Part shown: piece after piece, positions 31,174-37,714 of the stretch
How the letters are laid out: every line of letters begins with the position of its first letter
Numbering within the stretch: position 1 is the first letter of the stretch
Source of the DNA: Fidelibacterota bacterium
Lineage (GTDB): Bacteria; Fidelibacterota; Marinisomatia; Marinisomatales; TCS55
Direction: 5' to 3'
Length of the DNA: 64,000 nt
Assembly (NCBI GenBank): GCA_046861615.1
Contig: JBHHUS010000002.1
Location: 473-64,472 of the forward strand
Program-made: the position numbers and the translations under genes
Notes under the pieces: model-generated
Seen by the model: the letters and a program-made list of their open reading frames with translations, nothing else
Database searches by the model: none
Told to the model about the DNA's origin: nothing

Positions 31174-32871
31174 CTATCGTAAAATTTCACCATCGAATAG
31201 TTCAATTACTTTACTGATTACCGAATCACCCTTCTCTGAAACGGTTGTTCCCCTATTGGTGTCTTCGTCAATTGGTTGTTCAGTCACGGGGACTCCCGCT
31301 TTCCAATCCACCCGGATCCTGAGCTCAGTTGCAAAATGATCCTTAATCATAGATTCAATTGTATTATGGTTTTTTTCCAGCGTTCTAACACTGAATCGGG
31401 GCAGGCCGGAGATAGCAATTGTGAGTTTATTCTTGGATAATGATTCGGGAGTAGAGTGTTCCAACACTGTACCAATGGAAGGACGGAGATTGGAAACGGT
31501 ATTGACAAATGAAACCCAATATTTTTGGATTATTTCCAAAGTCAATGGACCATTGATTTTAGGTGGTTGAATAATGTTTTGATCCGGTGCTTTTTCATCA
31601 TGGGGGCTATTTTCTTTATCGGTAACTTTTCCAACTGTTGTACTTCCAGATAGTTTAGTAGCAGATATCGTTTTGTGTGGTGGTTCATATAGATTTAATA
31701 CTTTTTGTGGCTCTCCCCTTTGAACTTGAGGCTGTTTTACAGAACCTCCATGAGTGGAGGATAACAGCTCCTCAATGGATACGGCCGAGTCCATTTCCAA
31801 TAGCTTAATCGCGGTCATTTCAAAAAGAATTGCAGGTTGGCTGATCCGCTTCAGAGAATTTTCAAGGTTATTGAGGATTTGAGTAATTCTTAATAAATCC
31901 CGACGTTCCCATAGTTGGGCATTTTCCTGATAACGTTCCTGATTTTCCTTATTCATGTCCAGCAATTCACTGCTGCCGTCAACCGTTGACAGCAATAAAT
32001 TACGAAAATGCCGGTTCAGACCCAGCGCCACATCTTCCAGCGGTAAACCCATGGACTGGATTTTTTTAAGTAATATTAATAATCCAGAGGCTTTTTTCTG
32101 CTGAATAACATCTGAAAATTCGAAGTAAATGTCATTTGGAATCAGACCAATAACGGTCGCCACATTTTCAAATGTAATTTCATCTCCGGCATAAGCGATA
32201 ACCTGGTCCACCAGGCTTAAAGCATCCCGCATACTCCCTTCGGCTTTTCTGCTGATGGCGGCCAAGGACTCGGGATCAATGCTGATCTTTTCATTTTTCA
32301 AGATGTATTCCAGGCGATCCATTATAGCTTTTGAAGTAATTGTATTAAAATCGAATCGCTGACAGCGGGAAATAATTGTGGATGGTACCTTATGAATATC
32401 GGTTGTACACAAAATAAATTTTCCATGAACCGGAGGTTCTTCCAGGGTTCGCAGCAAGGCGTTAAAGGCCTGGTTCGTTAACATGTGTACTTCATCAATA
32501 ATAAAGATTTTATAGGGTGCTTCCATGGGTGGATATTTAATAGCCTCGCGTAAATTGCGAATTTCCTCGATTCCCCGGTTGGAGGCACCATCGATTTCCA
32601 GAACATCCAGATTCCGCCCGTCGGTAATTTCCTGACATGTTGTACACGAATTGCAGGGAACACCATCTTTCGATTGAGAACAATTCAGCGCTTTGGCGAT
32701 GATCCTGGCCGTAGTGGTCTTGCCGACTCCCCGGGGACCGGTCAATATATAGCCCTGGGCTACCCGGTCTTTTTTCAGCGCATTGGTAAGTGTTCGGGTA
32801 ACGTGATCCTGCCCAACAACATCCATAAAGGATTGTGGTCGCCATTTTAATGAAAGAACTTGATAAGTCAT
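31174..32871 (-). CDS. dnaX: DNA polymerase III subunit gamma/tau
   Basis: 565-aa ORF. Walker A GPRGVGKTT, Cys-rich zinc module (C.S.....C.SC..C) and the DEVHML box. Confidence 0.95.
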   Translation of the reverse strand: MTYQVLSLKWRPQSFMDVVGQDHVTRTLTNALKKDRVAQGYILTGPRGVGKTTTARIIAKALNCSQSKDGVPCNSCTTCQEITDGRNLDVLEIDGASNRGIEEIRNLREAIKYPPMEAPYKIFIIDEVHMLTNQAFNALLRTLEEPPVHGKFILCTTDIHKVPSTIISRCQRFDFNTITSKAIMDRLEYILKNEKISIDPESLAAISRKAEGSMRDALSLVDQVIAYAGDEITFENVATVIGLIPNDIYFEFSDVIQQKKASGLLILLKKIQSMGLPLEDVALGLNRHFRNLLLSTVDGSSELLDMNKENQERYQENAQLWERRDLLRITQILNNLENSLKRISQPAILFEMTAIKLLEMDSAVSIEELLSSTHGGSVKQPQVQRGEPQKVLNLYEPPHKTISATKLSGSTTVGKVTDKENSPHDEKAPDQNIIQPPKINGPLTLEIIQKYWVSFVNTVSNLRPSIGTVLEHSTPESLSKNKLTIAISGLPRFSVRTLEKNHNTIESMIKDHFATELRIRVDWKAGVPVTEQPIDEDTNRGTTVSEKGDSVISKVIELFDGEILR

Positions 32872-32885
32872 TTTATTTTTTTAAA

Positions 32886-33157
32886 GGTCGTGCACCCGTG
32901 TTTGGCAAACCTGGATTGATCAAAAGCCAGACCAGTTTACTCCACTTCAGCGGTCTTACGGCACACAATTCTAATCACTTACCGCTGCTCCCTTCCGGTC
33001 CTGACGGGATTGGGTGTAGAATCATTGCGAAAGATTGAAGTTTCAACGTCACTTTGTCATGAATTCAATCATCAGCATTTACCGGGCACAGGAATTCGAT
33101 CCTGCTATAGCGGGTTGCAGGTTACAGGGCACCGCTACCTCCCCATCTAGCACGACC
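32886..33157 (-). ncRNA. ffs: Signal recognition particle RNA, long (Alu-domain-containing, Bacillus-type) form
   Basis: The minus-strand 5' end GGTCGTGCTAGATGGGGAGGTAGCGGTGCCCTGTAACCTGCAACCCGCTATAGCAGG closely resembles my recollection of the B. subtilis scRNA Alu-domain 5' end. The S-domain motif GTCAGGACCGGAAGGGAGCAGC is present. The termini are complementary (GGTCGTGC/GCACGACC). It lies directly upstream of dnaX, as in Bacillus. Confidence 0.88.
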
Positions 33158-33213
33158 TAATTTTCAATAATCGTTCCTTTAACAGCTAATGGAAAAATGC
33201 TTTTCAGAAATAG

Positions 33214-33286
<73 letters not shown>

Positions 33287-33430
33287 ATTACTTTGACAGT
33301 AAACACCCAACAAAACGGTTCGAGCAGGATTTAATAATAATCATCGTGGAGGAATATTCACCTTTTAAAGTCGTAAAATTTACCCGCTTTCGATCACCGG
33401 AAGCAAGCATAGGAATCGAAACAAAAATAC

Positions 33431-33823
33431 TCAGTAAATGATCACTACTTTAATTTCGTTCACTTCATACCAATCCCAGAAATTAGATCGGTCCAGTTTA
33501 ATGAGACCGTCTTTGAAACTATACCGCACCCGCTTGCGGTAAAGCGACTCGGTAAACCATTCTGATTTATCCCGCTTATAATAGATAGCTACAAAGGGTG
33601 GGCTGTCCTCCTTCAAATCCGGAATTACCAGCGTACAAATGGCATCATTGAATTCACCCTCCGGTGTGATGAATTCCACTTTAGTAAAATGATAAACGCG
33701 TTTTATTAGCGATCTAAATTCAGTGTATTTCTCGGCTGCTTGACTGACCCCAAATGAATTAATCAACACTAATAAACAAATGACTGGGACAGAAACACGG
33801 ATTCCCCGCTTTAAATAATTCAC
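33431..33823 (-). CDS. Hypothetical secreted protein
   Basis: 130-aa ORF with a signal peptide ending in NSFGVSQA. It has an ATGA overlap with the upstream ORF. Confidence 0.6.
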   Translation of the reverse strand: MNYLKRGIRVSVPVICLLVLINSFGVSQAAEKYTEFRSLIKRVYHFTKVEFITPEGEFNDAICTLVIPDLKEDSPPFVAIYYKRDKSEWFTESLYRKRVRYSFKDGLIKLDRSNFWDWYEVNEIKVVIIY

Positions 33824-34248
33824 TTTTTCTTCTTACGAACAAATAAATGTCTCTTTTTTGTTTCTTCCTTTTTTCCTGATTCGGAGAGCTCTTTTGCTGC
33901 ATCAGGATCATCATTCTTTTTTTCTTTTTTGGACTCCAGACGGCGTTCAAAATCACTCACCTCCGGCGGGACTTCCGACTCAGTAGCTGTTTCAACCCTG
34001 ACCTCTGCCACATTAGCTTTTAAAAGCTGTCTCATTTTTTCCCGACGTTCTTTTGAATTGGATTTCAATTGGGTCAATAAATCCTGAACCTCCTGGTGAA
34101 AATCAGCAATCGTTCGCTCCAATCGCTGGATCAATTCATCCAGAAGCGGTTCCCCGTAACCTTCACCGATTGATTCCAACAAACCATTCATTTTTTCGTT
34201 GATGTATTGTCTGGTTTTTTCTATATCTTGTTCGCTGTTTTCTGCCAT
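33820..34248 (-). CDS. Hypothetical small acidic coiled-coil protein with Lys-rich tail (paralog of 14836..15165)
   Basis: 142-aa ORF that shares its conserved core and S.FERRLE tail with the 109-aa ORF at 14836..15165. Confidence 0.7.
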   Translation of the reverse strand: MAENSEQDIEKTRQYINEKMNGLLESIGEGYGEPLLDELIQRLERTIADFHQEVQDLLTQLKSNSKERREKMRQLLKANVAEVRVETATESEVPPEVSDFERRLESKKEKKNDDPDAAKELSESGKKEETKKRHLFVRKKKK

Positions 34249-34260
34249 TGTAACTCCAAA

Positions 34261-35055
34261 CTATCTTTTCAATTTTTCCATTTCTGCCTGGGTTAAGCCA
34301 TATTGACTTCGTGGAGAAGTAAGAATCATGATGGTATCATACACTTCCCCTCCGACTAAAGTACCATAGATTGCCCCCATGAATCGGTTGTTCCAAACCA
34401 TTTCAGCCCGGGGACTCGTTTGCCGATTCCAGACCTCCATCATTAAAAGACCCAATACTCCTGCCACACCGTACATACCCAATTTCCAGGTGGGGCGCTG
34501 AATAATTTTTTCCCGATAGGTAATCCGCTCCATTTCCCAGATTTTGATTTGTTCAACTGAAACAGGAGTTTGGATAGTCAAACTTCTATCGCCATAGGAC
34601 AATAAAGTTCCTTTAATTCTTTTTCCTGACCGATGCTTTATATTTACATACTGACCCACTGGAATGGAAGCCAGAATTTCATTGGTCCGTAAATAGGTCA
34701 GGTTTTTCCCGATTCTACTCCGTTCTTCATCACTTAGAGCGGGAATTCCCATCACGCGTAATTGCAGATCAGACCATTGCCGAAGTGAATAGGCTCGACG
34801 ACTAGCCTTTCTACGGGAAAATTCAACGAATACAATCCGGGCTTCGATCCGGTTAGGATTGATTTCAAAAAACTGGGCGCTTTCAAATCCGGGGATGTCA
34901 GTAAAGACCTCATAGTGAAGATTCTCAGCTGCATCAAGCGTATATCCGATAGCAGGGGTCAATGGAATGATTTCTCCCCGCTGTCCATATAGACATAGGC
35001 AGAAAAGAAATATTCCTGCCCTAACTGGTTGCTTCCAGTAGCTTAATAATTTCAT
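34261..35055 (-). CDS. Hypothetical membrane/exported protein
   Basis: 264-aa ORF with an N-terminal hydrophobic segment (AGIFLFCLCLYG) and two Gly-rich hydrophobic helices near the C-terminus. Its start overlaps the selenoprotein gene by 35 nt. Confidence 0.6.
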   Translation of the reverse strand: MKLLSYWKQPVRAGIFLFCLCLYGQRGEIIPLTPAIGYTLDAAENLHYEVFTDIPGFESAQFFEINPNRIEARIVFVEFSRRKASRRAYSLRQWSDLQLRVMGIPALSDEERSRIGKNLTYLRTNEILASIPVGQYVNIKHRSGKRIKGTLLSYGDRSLTIQTPVSVEQIKIWEMERITYREKIIQRPTWKLGMYGVAGVLGLLMMEVWNRQTSPRAEMVWNNRFMGAIYGTLVGGEVYDTIMILTSPRSQYGLTQAEMEKLKR

Positions 35056-35254
35056 TCAATTCCGGAAAACGACCAGAGGATTTTTTAGAAAAAATCAATT
35101 GTCCGTTTCTAACTACTTCGAACACCCCGCCTCCGGAAGGGATAAGCGTCAATCCCTGAATCCCATTTCCGTATTTCTGCAGTAATTCGGTAGCCATACT
35201 GGCCGCCCTGGGCAGGTAATTTCAAACGTTACAGTATTCGATTGAGATTTTCAT
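35021..35254 (-). CDS. SelW-like / Rdx-family selenoprotein (in-frame UGA = Sec at codon 11, CxxU motif)
   Basis: Read manually on the minus strand: ATG(35254) MKISIEYCNV-TGA(35224..35222)-NYLPRAASMATELLQKYGNGIQGLTLIPSGGGVFEVVRNGQLIFSKKSSGRFPELNEIIKLLEATS-TAG(35023..35021). The frame is continuous across the TGA. It matches the Rdx/SelW hallmarks IEYC..U/C...RA and GG.FEV...G.LI.SKK..GRFP. It is absent from the ORF track because of the TGA. Confidence 0.8.
35189..35207 (-). promoter_or_regulatory. Candidate bacterial SECIS hairpin
   Basis: mRNA 5'-GGCGGCC-AGUAU-GGCUACC-3' (one C-A mismatch, one G-U pair) starts 14 nt 3' of the UGA. A possible lower stem CUGC/GCAG flanks it. This was folded by hand only. 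Confidence 0.35.
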
Positions 35255-35367
35255 ATACTCAGCTTATGAACTAACGGTTGTCTTTACATTTGCATTTATC
35301 AAACCTGATCGCAAATCAAAGTAACCCCCATCTTTTCCTACCAGACGTAGGTTGTTTTGTAAAGGTA

Positions 35368-37632
35368 TCAGAAATTAAAGGCCGTTTCAATCGTTGTCTG
35401 TTTAACCGGTTCCAACCCGGTACCTACGTCACGATAAAACTGACGGAAATCCCAAATCAGACTTACACCAGCGCTCACCTCATAGCCCAAGCGGTACCCC
35501 AGAATAGTATTCACCGAAGGATTACCGAAATCAAAGGGATTCTTATCATTATTCCGCAGATAATAAGCCTCCGCTATACTGAGTTTTGGTATTTTTTCAG
35601 CATTAATGCTGACATTGGCACTAAAGCTGTTGAATTCAATTCCGTTATCAGCTTTCATATTAGTGTAGGAAGCAGCAAAACTGGCCAGATTAAAGAGATT
35701 TGCAGATGCTGATCCAAACATACCCTTAGTATCAATGTTAGAGTTAGGATCCTGGAATATCATTTGATCTTTAGTCCTTACCTGGGCAACACCACCGACA
35801 TAATCAGCCACCACTCTATTCAGATCATAACTCTGATCAAAGAATTGCGGCACGAAATAGCCCTGTTTAATCCGGTATTCAAAACTCACATTCAGGAATT
35901 TGAATAAACTTGCCCGGATACCCGGTATCGTAATTCCCGTACCGTCCATTTTTTCCCTAGAATAAATATCATTACCGCTGACAGCCGGGAAAATCAGTTT
36001 ATTATACTCGGTGTATACATCCAATGACAGGGACTTTTTACGGAGAATGGGATATCCCAGATCTAAAGTGAATCCCTGGACAGTAGCTTTATTATCCTTC
36101 AAACTGAAGGGAATACCTTTCAAATTCTCAACATCACTACCACCGGCGTCCGAAGATAGTTCATTATCTCCATCTCCATCGATATCCCACCCTGTAGCCG
36201 GTTCTTTATCTCCGCCATTATAATCGGGGATACCATCACCATCCGTATCATTCCAAAGATGTTTATTATCAGGAAAATCATCAAAAACATCCGGGTAATT
36301 ATCATTATCAGTATCTTTCAAACCGGAGAATTGGTTTATGTCCATTATAAAGTTTGTACCAATGGTTAAAGGTAGGCGTTTCGAAACTTTATAAGTACCT
36401 CGTAATCCCATCAAGGTGCCACCACGTTTAAAATCTTTCACATTAGCCAGGAATAATTCGGTCCCATATTTCCCGAAATTCAAACCAGCATTGACTCCAA
36501 CCCGTCGGATGGAAGGGAACTCCATCATATTGGAATAACCGGCTAATAATCCCCCGTAACCTAAAGTCACGCTGGGAAGCGAGCCCCACTGGAACCAGAA
36601 AGGATCAGATTTCTCACCCCATCGAATGTAAAGGAATTTATCAACAAAATCAGAAGCTTCATCCCATTCGTTTTTGCGAATATTTCCTTCGTTATCGATG
36701 TAAAGGACCAGATCAAGGCCAATTCCCAGTTTGCCGAATTTTAGCTCTGGTCGCAAAGCCAGTTGATTATAAATCTGTCCATCAATAGTGGCGGAACCGA
36801 TTCCCAACCCCATATTAAAGGGTTTCTTACCTTTAGGTTCCGGTTTTTCCTGTGGTTGTTCTGCTTCCGGGGCTTCAGGCGCTTCCGGAGCTTCTTCCAT
36901 TATTTCCTTTGGTTGTGGTTCCGGCTCAGGTTCCGGTTGAACTTCTTCTTCTACTTTTTCAGGTTCTACTTCTTCCGGTTGCTCTTCAGCCGGTTCCTCT
37001 TCGGCCGCTTCTTCTTCCGTTGGTTGTTCTCCTGCCTCTACTTCAGGATCCTGGGGATAATCTCCCGGTTCCGCCGGTGCCTGCATCAAATTTCCCAGGG
37101 CGTTGGAAATTGCCTTTTGACCGGGTCCTACCGAAACAGTCTGTCCGCTAATAGTGTTAAAAACATCAAATGTGCCCGTTTTCCCAATAAATTTATCCAT
37201 TCCGGAGGGGTCCACAATGGCTGCAAATTCGGTTCCTTTTACAGATGCAACGGAGACCGGCGTTTCCACGCGAAAGGTTTTGGTTCGTCCCTCTTTCTTC
37301 ACATCATTCAGGATGGTACCCCGCTCCATATTCAGACTGCGGGTATTATCAGTCTCAACAAATTGAAAATCAGTTTTCTCGCGAATTTTTACTACCGAGC
37401 GATCATCCAGGAAAATAACAACCGCGAAACCATTGTCACCTACCCGGATGGCATCCCCGTTTGAAATCGCCTGACCTGGTTTTACCTGTAAATCGTAAGT
37501 CGTCTTTCCCAATTGTTTTAAAAGTACTTCACCGTTAGCTTTCATAACCCGGGCAATTGATTCACCCATTAAGGTGCTTAATAAAACAGTCAATCCTAGA
37601 AAAATAATTTTAAATATTTTTATTAGTTTCAT
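35368..37632 (-). CDS. Outer-membrane beta-barrel protein with N-terminal FecR-like domain, Glu/Pro-rich linker and thrombospondin type-3-like Ca-binding repeats
   Basis: 754-aa ORF with four parts: a signal peptide, a FecR-like segment (G....GD.I..G.NGFAVV.F.D.S...I...T.F), an acidic EP-rich low-complexity stretch, and D-rich repeats (DTDNDNYPD...DTDGDGIPD...DIDGDGDN). The C-terminal region has alternating hydrophobicity and ends in ...AFNF. Confidence 0.7.
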   Translation of the reverse strand: MKLIKIFKIIFLGLTVLLSTLMGESIARVMKANGEVLLKQLGKTTYDLQVKPGQAISNGDAIRVGDNGFAVVIFLDDRSVVKIREKTDFQFVETDNTRSLNMERGTILNDVKKEGRTKTFRVETPVSVASVKGTEFAAIVDPSGMDKFIGKTGTFDVFNTISGQTVSVGPGQKAISNALGNLMQAPAEPGDYPQDPEVEAGEQPTEEEAAEEEPAEEQPEEVEPEKVEEEVQPEPEPEPQPKEIMEEAPEAPEAPEAEQPQEKPEPKGKKPFNMGLGIGSATIDGQIYNQLALRPELKFGKLGIGLDLVLYIDNEGNIRKNEWDEASDFVDKFLYIRWGEKSDPFWFQWGSLPSVTLGYGGLLAGYSNMMEFPSIRRVGVNAGLNFGKYGTELFLANVKDFKRGGTLMGLRGTYKVSKRLPLTIGTNFIMDINQFSGLKDTDNDNYPDVFDDFPDNKHLWNDTDGDGIPDYNGGDKEPATGWDIDGDGDNELSSDAGGSDVENLKGIPFSLKDNKATVQGFTLDLGYPILRKKSLSLDVYTEYNKLIFPAVSGNDIYSREKMDGTGITIPGIRASLFKFLNVSFEYRIKQGYFVPQFFDQSYDLNRVVADYVGGVAQVRTKDQMIFQDPNSNIDTKGMFGSASANLFNLASFAASYTNMKADNGIEFNSFSANVSINAEKIPKLSIAEAYYLRNNDKNPFDFGNPSVNTILGYRLGYEVSAGVSLIWDFRQFYRDVGTGLEPVKQTTIETAFNF

Positions 37633-37714
37633 GGCACATCCTGAAGTTTAGTGTAATAAAATTTTTCCGGTCTGTGAATTTACAGAAAATTGGCTATAGT
37701 TCAAGTGCGATAGT

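Noticed and set aside
32085-32100. A-run (CAG AAA AAA GCC) in dnaX as a possible E. coli-style -1 frameshift site producing a gamma subunit
   Set aside because: The heptamer is not in the X XXY YYZ register of the zero frame. It lies near codon 258 of 565, so the product would be truncated inside the clamp-loader core. No downstream stem-loop was seen.
35278-35712. 144-aa plus-strand ORF spanning the spacer and the 3' end of the 754-aa gene
   Set aside because: It overlaps a well-supported minus-strand barrel-protein gene and has no recognisable features. A short hairpin (CCTAC-CAGAC-GTAGG, about 35338..35352) in the spacer was also considered as a terminator. Its T-tract lies on the plus strand, where there is no gene.
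36763-37464. Long plus-strand ORFs (233 aa and 99 aa) rich in F/R/L and P/L/V
   Set aside because: They are antisense shadows of the Glu/Pro-rich low-complexity linker of the 754-aa minus-strand gene. Their composition is the complement of that repeat, and they show no start or RBS context.
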